In this document: piece by piece, positions 29,993 to 39,630 of the stretch
Position numbering within the stretch: the first letter of the stretch is position 1
Layout: each line of letters starts with the position of its first letter
Assembly: GCA_038212275.1 (NCBI GenBank)
Contig: JBBQUR010000007.1
Span: 128,001-192,000 of the forward strand
DNA from: Planctomycetota bacterium
Lineage (GTDB): Bacteria; Planctomycetota; B15-G4
Length of the DNA stretch: 64,000 nt
Direction of reading: 5' to 3'
Made by a program: the position numbers and the translations under genes
The notes under the pieces: model-generated
What the model saw: the letters and a program-made list of their open reading frames with translations, nothing else
What the model was told of the DNA's origin: nothing
The model's database searches: none

Positions 29993-31072
29993 TCACTGCG
30001 GGGCCAGCGGCGCGAGCACCTCGAAACTGAGCGACGCCCACAGGCTCTCCCAGTCGGCGGTCGTCGGCGCGGGTGCGGCGTCCGACACGGCAGGTGCCAC
30101 GTCGGCCTGCGTGCCGGGTGGCGCGGGCACCATGTGCACAGCGGTGACCAGCCAGGTGCCCGGGCAGGTCAGCGGCAGGCTCACGCGCCCTTCGGCATCG
30201 GTGCGCGCGTGCAGGCCGATGCCGGCGGGCGCGCCGAACGCGAGAACGGGAGCGGTCTCCGGCGTGGCGTCCGGACCGAGTCCGGTCAGGATCAGCGAGG
30301 CTTTCACGAGCGCTCCGGCCAGCGGCACACCGTCGTGCAGCAGGCGCACGCGGAACGGCGCCACTTCCACGGCGCCTGCGGGCGTGCGCCGAGACAGCGT
30401 CTGCGGATCGGACTCGGCCAGCAGTTCGAGCGGGAAGCCCAGCAGACGGTCGGGGGGCGCGTCCATCGGCGCGGCCTCGTCGCCGCGAACGCAGAGCAGG
30501 GCCTTGGCGCAGCGGGAATAGACCTCGTGGCCGGGTGCGCCCGACGTGCCCGCCGCGGCTCGCGCAGCGAGCACGGCGTCGAGCCCCTCTTCCTGCAGGT
30601 AGGCCTCGAAGCGAGGGGCTTCCAGCTCGAGCCAGGCGCGGTTGCTGCGGTAGCCGAGCACCTGCGGCCCGACCTGCGTCAGCCGCACGAGGCCCGCGGG
30701 CAGAGCGCCATCCCGACCGACGACCCGGACGGCCGGGGCCGCCTCCGCGGCCGTGCCCGTGAGCACGAACGCGACGATGCGCTCCTCACTGCGCGGCACT
30801 GGCTCGCCTTGCGCGTGATCGCCGACGCGCAGGTGTACCGCGAGCACTTCGCCCGGGTGCGGCGCGAAGTGCGCTGGCACGATCCAGAAGTCGTGGGCGC
30901 GCGCGGGGGCGGCGCACAGCGCCCACGCTGCGAGCAGCGCGGCGGCAAGGCGCTGCCCGGGTGGCCGCCGTGTGCGGCGGGGCTGAGCGAGCAGGCGGGT
31001 CGGGCGGCGTTGTGTGTGCGCAGGCATGGGCGGCATCCGTGCGGAGAGACGGTCCTGGTCCTGAAAAGACAC
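29993..31072 (-). CDS. DUF4198-family exported protein
   Basis: ARA/HDFWIVP after the signal peptide, FEAYLQEEGL, YSRCAKAL, TDAEG, WESLWASLSF. Start uncertain. Confidence 0.85.
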   Translation of the reverse strand: MSFQDQDRLSARMPPMPAHTQRRPTRLLAQPRRTRRPPGQRLAAALLAAWALCAAPARAHDFWIVPAHFAPHPGEVLAVHLRVGDHAQGEPVPRSEERIVAFVLTGTAAEAAPAVRVVGRDGALPAGLVRLTQVGPQVLGYRSNRAWLELEAPRFEAYLQEEGLDAVLAARAAAGTSGAPGHEVYSRCAKALLCVRGDEAAPMDAPPDRLLGFPLELLAESDPQTLSRRTPAGAVEVAPFRVRLLHDGVPLAGALVKASLILTGLGPDATPETAPVLAFGAPAGIGLHARTDAEGRVSLPLTCPGTWLVTAVHMVPAPPGTQADVAPAVSDAAPAPTTADWESLWASLSFEVLAPLAPQ

Positions 31073-31122
31073 CGGCGGCGACGCGCGAGCATCGACGCCG
31101 GTGTCCCCGAGGTCGCGGGATC

Positions 31123-32640
31123 TCAGGCTCCGCCAGGAATCGGGCTGCGGAGGTACGGGAAGGTGCCGTCGAAGAAGGAGGCATCGACTGCTGCACCATC
31201 GGTGTAGGGGAGCTGACCGTCGGGAGCGACCGTGCTGTCGAGAAGTACGCCCATCACGACGCGCAGCGCGATGTCCACGACGTCGTCACCGGGGCGGCGG
31301 CCATTGGGGAAGCCCGCGACATCGCCGGCGATGACGCCGAGCGGGTTCTGCTGCGCGGCGGGCACGGCGGGCGTGCCCGTATTGATCCGCAGCATCTCGC
31401 CCACCGCACCGTTCTCGTTGAGACCGGGAACGCCGGTGAGGAAGGCCTGCACGAGGTCCGCGCGCGGGAACAGATCCGGCGCCCGCACTCCGAAGAGCAC
31501 TTCGAGCAGTTCGGGCAGCACGGGGTTGGTCACGTAGTCGAGGAACTGCGCGTCGTCGGCTGGAACGCTCGCATTGAAGCGGTTCTTGTCCTTGAGGCCG
31601 ATGACCAACTCGTTGACGAGCGGGCTCCCCAGGCGCGAGACCTGCACGAAGCGGCCGCGCTCCTGCGTGGGCTGTTCGAAGGTGGGTGCCTTGACCAGCT
31701 TGCTCGACTGGCGCAGGCTCGCGGTGGTCCACGCGCCAAGCACCGGCTGGCCCGCCACGAGGAAGCTCTTCGGGATCTCGAGCTCGAGCGCCGTGACGTT
31801 CTTGTCCTTCAGGTCGTCCTGCCCGCCGTCGGGCGGCCCGAGCGGGTTGAGGTTCACGAGGTCGAAGGTGGCGCCGAGGCTCACGACGAACGGGTCCTTG
31901 CGCTGGCCCACGAAGACGCGCGCGGGCACGCCGCCGGGCAGGAGCACGTCGTGCACGAAGCCCTGCGCGTACGTCGCATAGTCGGCAATGGTCTTGGGGC
32001 CGATGTTGTCGAGCGGCTGGGCGAAACGCGTCTCGCCGGTCTGCGCATCGAGCACCGGCACCGCGATCGCGTGGCCGCCGACCATACCGATGACGTCGAT
32101 CGAGTAGTACGCGGCCACGTTCTGCGCGGTGGCATCCGCCAGGCTCACCGAGCCGGCCTGTACGAGCGGAATGGACACGATCTTCTCGCTGCCAGGCGCG
32201 CCGACGGGCAGCGCGATGTCCTTCAGGACTGTGTAGAAGGTGAAGCGGAAGCTGATGTCCTGCACGGCGTCGCCGTCGTTGTCCACGTGGATCTCGTAGC
32301 GCGCGTCGGGATCGAGGTTGAAGTAGTTCGGACCGCCGTACGGGTCCTGCAGCGGCAGGTAGTCGGCGATGAACGTCACGGTGTCCTCGCGGCCGGCCTC
32401 ATAGCTGTTGAACATGTAGAAGTCGGTGCCGTCCACCTTGGGTGTCTCGGTGATGCCGGGCGCCTCGCGATGACTGGAGAGCGGCGCCACCGGCGCAGGT
32501 GGCTGCGGGGCCGGAGCGCGTCCGGACGGTTCGGACGCGCGGGCGGCCGGTGCGGGGGCCAGCAGCGCCAAGGTGACAAGGAAGCCTGCGGCGCAGGCGC
32601 TGGCGCACGTGGCAGGCACGGAAAACGGGGATGACGACAT
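31123..32640 (-). CDS. DUF4331-family exported protein
   Basis: SSHREAP, DGTDFYMF, FVGQRKDPF, QVSRLGSPLVNE, GFPNGRRPGDDVVDI. Confidence 0.93.
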   Translation of the reverse strand: MSSSPFSVPATCASACAAGFLVTLALLAPAPAARASEPSGRAPAPQPPAPVAPLSSHREAPGITETPKVDGTDFYMFNSYEAGREDTVTFIADYLPLQDPYGGPNYFNLDPDARYEIHVDNDGDAVQDISFRFTFYTVLKDIALPVGAPGSEKIVSIPLVQAGSVSLADATAQNVAAYYSIDVIGMVGGHAIAVPVLDAQTGETRFAQPLDNIGPKTIADYATYAQGFVHDVLLPGGVPARVFVGQRKDPFVVSLGATFDLVNLNPLGPPDGGQDDLKDKNVTALELEIPKSFLVAGQPVLGAWTTASLRQSSKLVKAPTFEQPTQERGRFVQVSRLGSPLVNELVIGLKDKNRFNASVPADDAQFLDYVTNPVLPELLEVLFGVRAPDLFPRADLVQAFLTGVPGLNENGAVGEMLRINTGTPAVPAAQQNPLGVIAGDVAGFPNGRRPGDDVVDIALRVVMGVLLDSTVAPDGQLPYTDGAAVDASFFDGTFPYLRSPIPGGA

Positions 32641-32829
32641 GGGTCGGGCTCCGGGAAATCGGGGGGGCGGAGTGCGGGAGTGCTGGCGCGCGCGCCCGGC
32701 GGCGTGCCTGCGTGCCAGGCTCTCGCCTTCACTACGCGGCGCGGGCGGTCTCCGGATTCAGGCAGCAGAGGCAGGCGACTCCGCGCGACGGCCGGATCGG
32801 CGAAGCGCACGCGCGCGGCCCGAAGCGGA

Positions 32830-32955
32830 ATGAGCCAGCCGACTGTGCACGAAGGCGCGCACCACGTGCAGGCCGCCACGCCCATGACCCGCCTGAGCAT
32901 CGGCATCGATCCCGGCGACCGACTCAGCCCGCTGTGCCGGTCGCCGAGATCGATT
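32830..32955 (+). mobile_element. IS110-family transposase N-terminal remnant
   Basis: MTRLSIGIDPGDRLSPLC resembles the DEDD start IGIDLGDxxSxxC; breaks off after about 20 codons. Confidence 0.5.
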
Positions 32956-33046
32956 AGCCTCTCCGACGCACCGGCACCCGGGCCGCTCCCGAAGCTGCGG
33001 CCCCGGGCATTCGATCCTCCCTCCCCATCCGTCTCGGAGTTGCCCC

Positions 33047-34468
33047 ATGTCCTTGAACAAGATCCTCAATGGCCTGGCCATGGCCACGGCGCTCGCCTGG
33101 GCGACACCCGCGAGCGCCCAGAAGCTCGTCGTGCTTCCCGGCGACGCTTGGGCCGTGGACGTGACGCCCGACGGCAACGTGGTCGTCGGCACAGCCAACA
33201 ATTTCCAGACCATCAAGGACGGATTCATCTGGCGCTGGCGGGAAGAGCCCGCGCCCACGATCATCCCCGGTGGCGACATGGTGGCCGTCTCGGACGACGG
33301 CACCGTGGTGGCCGGCAACATCTTCGATGCGAGCATCGGTCACATGGTCGCCGCGCGCTGGACCGCGGCCACGGGCTGGCAGTCCCTCGGCTGGCTGCCC
33401 GACGCGCTGAACTGCACCGACCCGATCGACCCAAGCGCGGCCTACGACATCTCCGGCGACGGCACGACCATCGTGGGCCTGTCCTGGGCCACCGGTTGCA
33501 ACGCGCGCGGCTTCCGTTGGACGGCGGCCACGGGCATGCAGGAGCTTCAGAAATTGACGACCGGCAGCAACCGCTGCTCCGCAATCTCCGGCGATGGATC
33601 GACGATGGGCGGATTCGCCTTCGGCGGCTTCTCCGGCCGTACACCCGCCTACTGGGCAGCGAATACCTCGGGTGCGGTGATCGACTCGACCCTGTCTGGT
33701 GAGGTCCACGGCCTCAGCGAGAACGGCAACCTCTCCGTCGGGACCATGTACTTCAGCGGCCCGGCCTTCAGCGCTTTCATCCGCAATGCGCAGACCGGCG
33801 CGATCACGAACCTCGGCCATCTCAATCCCACCTGGGCCGGAAAGGCCTGGGACATCAGCGAGGACGGCAAGACCGTCGTCGGTTTCGACCTCTATGGCGG
33901 TGCGCGCCAGGCCTGGGTCTGGACCGCCAGCGACGGCATCATCTCGATGAAAAACCGTCTGACCAACGCGGGCGTCACAAACATCCCCGACCTCTGGACC
34001 TGCCTGGCCTGCAGCGATGACGGCAACGTGGTCGTGGGCGGGGGCGTGAACACCACGGACGTCATCGGCTACATCGCCGAGTTCTCGTCGCCGCAGCCGC
34101 AGTGGACGAAGCTCGGCAATGCGCTGGCCGGCTCCGTCGGCCTGCCCAAGCTCAACGGCACCGGGGCCCTCACTGCCGGAACGCCGACCGCAGTGACCAT
34201 CTCCAACGCCAAGGCCAACACCCCGGCACTGCTCTACATCGGCTTCAGCGCCATGAATGCGCCCTTCAAGCAGGGCGTTCTGGTCCCGAGCGTCGACCTC
34301 GATCCCATCGGCTTGTTCCTTCCCGGTAGCGGATCGGCTGCGTTCCAGTTCACCTGGCCCGCGGGTGTGCCCGCCGGCTTCGATACCTATTGGCAAGTCT
34401 GGATCAAGGACTCGGCTGGTCCCGCGGGTTTGGCCGCGACCAACGCGCTCAAGAGCACGGCACAGTAA
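33047..34468 (+). CDS. Secreted HAF-like repeat propeller protein with shared C-terminal domain
   Basis: Signal peptide ending ASAQ; repeated [DA]-[IV]-S-x-D-G-x2-[IV]-VG...RWT-x3-G-[WM]-QxL; PFKQG C-terminal domain. Confidence 0.88.
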   Translation: MSLNKILNGLAMATALAWATPASAQKLVVLPGDAWAVDVTPDGNVVVGTANNFQTIKDGFIWRWREEPAPTIIPGGDMVAVSDDGTVVAGNIFDASIGHMVAARWTAATGWQSLGWLPDALNCTDPIDPSAAYDISGDGTTIVGLSWATGCNARGFRWTAATGMQELQKLTTGSNRCSAISGDGSTMGGFAFGGFSGRTPAYWAANTSGAVIDSTLSGEVHGLSENGNLSVGTMYFSGPAFSAFIRNAQTGAITNLGHLNPTWAGKAWDISEDGKTVVGFDLYGGARQAWVWTASDGIISMKNRLTNAGVTNIPDLWTCLACSDDGNVVVGGGVNTTDVIGYIAEFSSPQPQWTKLGNALAGSVGLPKLNGTGALTAGTPTAVTISNAKANTPALLYIGFSAMNAPFKQGVLVPSVDLDPIGLFLPGSGSAAFQFTWPAGVPAGFDTYWQVWIKDSAGPAGLAATNALKSTAQ

Positions 34469-34519
34469 CCGCTGCCGCGCACGTCCTGTCCCGGAGTCCG
34501 GCAGCGGACTCCTTCAACC

Positions 34520-34820
34520 CCGGGCGCGTCGTCACGGACGACGCGCCCGGCTGCGTTGACGCGCCGCCCGATTCCAGGATCGGAGATCACGCGCTGCCCG
34601 ACCGCCGCGATCCTGCTGCGGTGATTCCTTCCCTGACGTCGTCAAAGCCGTCGCGGTCGAGATCGCCTGCGCCATCGCCGTCCGTGTCGCCGACACCCGC
34701 AACCGAGTCGCCGAACCAGCCGTTGGGCTCACTGCCCTCGACGCGGTGGATGATCGAAGCGTCGAGGCCCGAGCGTAGTCAGGCCACTCCCGAGAACGTG
34801 GCCTTGCCGGCCTCGCCTGG
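34520..34820 (-). pseudogene. Degraded integrin-alpha/FG-GAP fragment
   Basis: WFGDSVAGVGDTDGDGAGDLDRDGFDDV with in-frame stops. Confidence 0.6.
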
Positions 34821-34821
34821 A

Positions 34822-35270
34822 GCGCAGACCCGGGTCCGCTCACGTCCCCGGCGACACTCGGTCAGGCTCCAGCTCACCTCGCTTTTCACCACTCATATCC
34901 CGGCGGCGGCCGCGCCGGGTGCCGCACCGGCAAGGCAGTCGGCAGCCCCAGCGAAATGAGAATCGCTGCCACCACCGCCGCCTGCGTGATCGCCGCCAGG
35001 ATCACGCGCCGCCCGCCGCAGCCCTCGCAGTGCAGCACGTCCACGGTGAAGACGCGCTTCCTCAGCGCGGCCCACGGGTAGCGGCGCGCGTGCGGGGCGG
35101 CGCAGGGACCACCGCGTCCTTCCTGCCCAGAGCGTAGAGGCCGCCTCGGGCGCGCCGACCTCCCAGCCCCCGGCACGATCGCCGACCGCAGCGCCGAGGC
35201 CGGCTCCAGCACGCCGTGATACGTCAGCAGGTGCGCGCGCGGCGGAGGCACCAGCGCCGCAAGCTCTGTC
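34822..35270 (-). mobile_element. IS91-family (Y2, IS801/IS1294-like) transposase C-terminal remnant with downstream end (repeat copy 2 at 34822-34919)
   Basis: LAALVPPPRAHLLTYHGVL...WAALRKRVFTVDVLHCEGCGG...ILISLGLP...PARPPP. Confidence 0.85.
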
Positions 35271-35459
35271 TCGAACCGATTTACACATCTCCCGACCCGC
35301 TCGTGGGCCTCATGCTGCACTGTCGATGAACTTCTGTCTCCCCATTGGAAGACGCTTGAGCGAGCCGTGCGCAAGTTTTGGAGAAACAAGGACTCCGGAT
35401 GACCCACAGAGCATGCTGGTCCACGGCATCAGGGCGCGGCGGGCGTGCGCCTCGCTGCC

Positions 35460-36272
35460 TCAGGGCTGCAGCGCTCCCGCAGGCGCGTTCAGCCCCCAGT
35501 CGTAGGGGCGATAGCGCACCGGCGCGCCGACGGGCAGCTTGAGGTCCGGTGCCTGCGTGGCGATCCAGCGCACCGGGTCCGGCGGGAAGTCCTCCGCGTA
35601 CCACTCGAAGATCTGCGAGAGCACGATCACGCCGTCGTCCACGTCCACGTTGCTCGGCTCGTGCAGGAAGCGGCTCGTCTGCGCCGCGAGCTGCTGCTGC
35701 AGCGCCACGCCGGTGTACGGCACGCGCGCCAGCACCGGACAACTGAGGCTCCCGCAGTTCAACTGCATGTGGACGCGCGGATCGTGGAAGCGCCCGCGGA
35801 TCACGTCGTTCTCGAGGTCGTACAGGTTGATCTCCGAACCATCGAGCTGGAAACAAGTGAACCAGAAGAAGTCGTATTTGTGGTCGGCGACGGACTCCAG
35901 CCGCGGCCGGCTCAGCACGTTGAAGAGCACGAGAGCGTTGTAGGCGTTGAGGTAATACGCGAGGCGGTCGTCGTTGGTCGGGTAGCGCTCGGGCGTGGTG
36001 ACCGGCCCGGTCAGCGCGAGCCGCGCGACGCAGCGCTCGAGCGGTGCCCGGCGGCCGGCGAGCGCCGCGTAATCGACCCGTCCGTCTTCACCCACGTCGG
36101 CAGCGAGCAGCGCGCGCCAGTCCGAATCGTCGGTGGCATCGCCTTCCGCCGGCGGCTGCCGGGCGAGGCGCTCCTTCTCCTGCGCCAACACGCCGGCCGG
36201 CGCCGTCAGCGTCGTGTAGCAGCCGGTGCCGGACGCGGCGCACAGCAGTGCCAGAGTGAACAGGCTTCGCAT
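35460..36272 (-). CDS. DUF547-family lipoprotein
   Basis: GRVDYAAL, LAYYLNAYNA, LENDVIR, DPRVHMQLNCGSLSCP, SQIFEWYAEDF, YDWGLN. Confidence 0.92.
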   Translation of the reverse strand: MRSLFTLALLCAASGTGCYTTLTAPAGVLAQEKERLARQPPAEGDATDDSDWRALLAADVGEDGRVDYAALAGRRAPLERCVARLALTGPVTTPERYPTNDDRLAYYLNAYNALVLFNVLSRPRLESVADHKYDFFWFTCFQLDGSEINLYDLENDVIRGRFHDPRVHMQLNCGSLSCPVLARVPYTGVALQQQLAAQTSRFLHEPSNVDVDDGVIVLSQIFEWYAEDFPPDPVRWIATQAPDLKLPVGAPVRYRPYDWGLNAPAGALQP

Positions 36273-37756
36273 CAGGCCTCCGTCGCGACTCGCGCGCGCA
36301 GCTGCTGGTTGGCGGATGGGCGGACGGGCACGCTCGCGTCAGGGTCGGGCGAACTCGCAGCGTGCGCACGCCGCTGCTGCGCGAGGCTGGCGGCGCGGCG
36401 CCGCCCCGTCGCGTTGAAGGCGCACATCGAGACCAACTCGCCGTCGACCGGCACGCGGAACGTGCACGCGGCGAGGCGCTCGCGCCCGCGCTCCGTGGCC
36501 AGCTCATCGGCATCCATGAAGCGGTGTACCACGATCGTCAACGGGCGCGCCGACCATGCGCGGCGCGTCAGCATCGCGCCCAGCAGTCGCAGGGTCAGGG
36601 CGCGCTCGCTCCAGAGCCGGCAGGCCGCGTAGGCCGGCAGGTCGAGCAGCAGCCGCGGATGGCGCACGAGCCGGCCGCAGAGCCGCGCCAGCGAGACGGC
36701 GCGCCGCTCTCCGATCGGGTTGTAACCCGCGAGTCCGCCGAGCAGCACGCGCTCGATGAACCAGCGGTCGAGGCGCGAGCCCGCGCGCAGCCCCTCGACA
36801 ACGTGCTGCCGGCCGGCCAGCGTGACGACCAGCAGCGGCGTGATACTCGTGCAGTCGGCGTGACCGAAGGGCACCGCGCGCGGATCGAGACGGCGACCGA
36901 TGCCGGCCTCGATGGCCGCCCACAGCGCGTCCGTCTCGGGCTGCGGCCCTGGCGTCCCGGTGGTGCCCGGCGAGTCGAGGGGTGCCGCGGCGCGGGCAAG
37001 CGTCTGGAGGACGCGCGTGCGCCCGACCTGCGCCACGGGCTGGAAACTGGCCATGCGGTAGACGTCGGCATTCGCGAGCAGCCAGCGCAGCACGTCCGGG
37101 ACGTCGCCGAGGTTGTCTGGCGTCACGGTGAGCGTGTGCGCCGCCTGGAGCGGCACGCCGGTGACCGCCCGCGTCCGTCGGAGCAATGCCGCGAACTCCT
37201 CGCGCAGCGGATTCAGATCGGCCTCGCGCTGTCCGCGCCGGAGCCCGCGTCGCCCGTGCTGCGTCGTGTCGATGTGCGTGGCCATCCGTGTCAACCCGCC
37301 CTCGCGCACCAAGCGCTCCAGGTACGCGGGGTCGTCGCGCAGCACCTCGCCATTGGTCATGAGCATCGGGTTGAGCTGCACCGCGCGGCAGTAATGCAGC
37401 AGGCGCAGGACGTCCTGCACGGGCAGCAGCGTGAGCTCGCCGGCCGTGAGCTGCACGTTGCCCCACGGCCCGAGGTGCGCGCGCAGCGCGTCGAGTTGCT
37501 CACGCACCTCCGGCCACGGGAGCGGCGGCGTGTCGTTGGCCTCGGTCCCGAGGTAGCAGGCCGCGCACGTGAACTGGCAGCGCTCCTGCACGCCCCACGT
37601 GGCCCCGCAGCCAGCCGTGTGCCGGCCGATGAACTGCCCGGGTTCTTCCCGCACGCCGGCGGGAAGGTGTGCAGCAGCGGCGGCCACGGCCTCGCGCTCG
37701 CCCGGCAGTGCGGGCTCTCTCAGCGCGTGAAGGACTTGGCGCAACCGGGCGAACAT
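36272..37756 (-). CDS. Radical SAM protein
   Basis: CQFTCAAC, LTAGE, MTNG, SFQP, C-terminal ACTFRVPVDGELVSMCAFN; TGATG coupling to DUF547. Confidence 0.88.
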   Translation of the reverse strand: MFARLRQVLHALREPALPGEREAVAAAAAHLPAGVREEPGQFIGRHTAGCGATWGVQERCQFTCAACYLGTEANDTPPLPWPEVREQLDALRAHLGPWGNVQLTAGELTLLPVQDVLRLLHYCRAVQLNPMLMTNGEVLRDDPAYLERLVREGGLTRMATHIDTTQHGRRGLRRGQREADLNPLREEFAALLRRTRAVTGVPLQAAHTLTVTPDNLGDVPDVLRWLLANADVYRMASFQPVAQVGRTRVLQTLARAAAPLDSPGTTGTPGPQPETDALWAAIEAGIGRRLDPRAVPFGHADCTSITPLLVVTLAGRQHVVEGLRAGSRLDRWFIERVLLGGLAGYNPIGERRAVSLARLCGRLVRHPRLLLDLPAYAACRLWSERALTLRLLGAMLTRRAWSARPLTIVVHRFMDADELATERGRERLAACTFRVPVDGELVSMCAFNATGRRRAASLAQQRRAHAASSPDPDASVPVRPSANQQLRARVATEA

Positions 37757-37925
37757 CAGTTGAGGACAGCTCCGCGCGAGACCATACCCAAGCGAGCGCG
37801 CGTTGTCCCCACCGGTCCGCCGAATGTGCCCCGCGTCGCACGGACCGAGCGTGGCATCCGCCCTCACCCCGCTCCCACCACCGCAAAGGGTTCACCAGAA
37901 CTCGTCCGATACGCGAAACCTCGGT

Positions 37926-39630
37926 TCACGGCACAGCCGCGCGAAGCGCGTTGCTGATCGCGAAGCCGCACACTGCTGCCGTGTCGGGAACAACGCACTG
38001 GAAGTAGATGCAGAGTCCTGAGGCGCCTGCGGGCCACGATGACCAGAGAATCGCGGCTGATCCCGTGCTGGTGGCGATGATGAGGGGGCTGTTCGGCAGG
38101 CCGGAAAACGAAGGCACCAAGGTGCCGCACTTGAAGGGCGTCAGCGTGCTGCCGGTCGAGGCGAACAGCAGCGAGAGCGGCGCAGAAGCTGCATGGGTCA
38201 GCTGGATCGAGCCGGCCGAGCCCGCGGTGAGCGGCCCCGTGCCGGCGAGCAACGGTGAGCCGTTCACGCCGGGGAGGGCATGTCCGAGATCCGTCCACAC
38301 CGACATCGCTGCGGGTGGCACGCTGGCGATCGTGTCCTGGATCCAGGTCTGGTGCGCCGACACGCGGGTGAAGATGGTCGGATAGGTCGTCGAAGGCGCT
38401 CCCTGATCCAAAGCGTGGAACGACGCCATGCCGACCAGCGCGGGGGCCCCCGACTCGATGGCGAACAGCGGGCCCTTCACGTCGGCGCACGTCAGGTCCG
38501 TCACGCCGATGTGCTCGTCAGAGATGGCCACTCCTGCCTGACCAGTAGGAGGCAGCCTCGGCATTGGAGACAGCGGTGCCGACCTCGACAGAGAGCAATG
38601 GAGCGGGCACCGTGTACCACGGCATGGTCAGCGTCTCGCCGACGTGGTTGTTCAGCGGGTCGCCCAGTGAGGCAACGGGCGCGGACGTCGGCAAGCCGAG
38701 TCCGAGCAGGGCAAGATTGCCGGTCGCCGGGTCCGTGGCGTCAAACGGAAATGGATCCGGTGGCAACGAGAACGCGATGCTCGTGACCGGAATACACGAG
38801 TTGCCGTCGAAGACGACCAGGTCGGAGGCCACCATCCCGTCCACGTCGAGGCCCACGGCAAGCACCCAGCGCTCATCGATCACGACGCCGTTGGTGATGA
38901 ATCCCGAACTGGTGGCGGTGGCAGGACGCACCTGGACGACGGAAGGCCAGAACGCCGGCGGATAGGTCGGGAGTGAGCTGACACACGCACCGGTCTTGCC
39001 CGTATTGAGCAGGACGGTGAGCTTGGCGTAGAGCGAAGTTGCCACGAGATCGAGGCAGCCGTCTCCGTTCAGGTCACCGACGGCCACCGATTTGGATTGG
39101 GCATTCGTGCCGATGCCGAACTTCTTCATGGCCTCGAAACTTCCGGTGCCCTTTCCGGGCAGCACGGAGGCGCCGCCCGAGAAGTTTCCCGTCACGATGT
39201 CGAGGTTGCCGTCGCCGTCCATGTCGCCCAGCGTCACCGAAAGCGGCGTGTCGCCGACGCTGACGGTCGACATGGGCCCGAAGTTTCCCGTACCCGTTCC
39301 AAGCAGGACGGCAACTCCCTGGGCGAACAGGTAGTTCGTCGCCACGACGTCAAGGTGTCCGTCGCCGTTCAGATCGCCGAGCGCAACCGAGCGGGGATAC
39401 AGGCCGGCGTCGAACGTGGCGAGCGATCCGAATCCGCCCGTGCCTGTGCCAAGCAGGACGGAGATGCTGCTCGCCGCGTCGTTCCCCGTCACGGCGTCGA
39501 GCACTCCGTCTTCATCGAGATCTCCCAATGCCATGGAGAACGCGCTGGCGCCGACACTCGCGTTCATCGCCGGCCCGAAGCTCCCCGTTCCCGTGCCAAG
39601 CAGCGCACTGATGTCGTTCGAGAGGAGGTT
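37926..39630 (-). pseudogene. FG-GAP + trypsin-like + shared C-terminal domain gene; 5'-truncated, frameshifted near 38520-38560
   Basis: Four GDLxxDG-type repeats; GVVIDERWVL and YPTIFTRVSAHQTWI (trypsin fold) in two different frames; PFKCG C-terminal domain. Confidence 0.75.
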
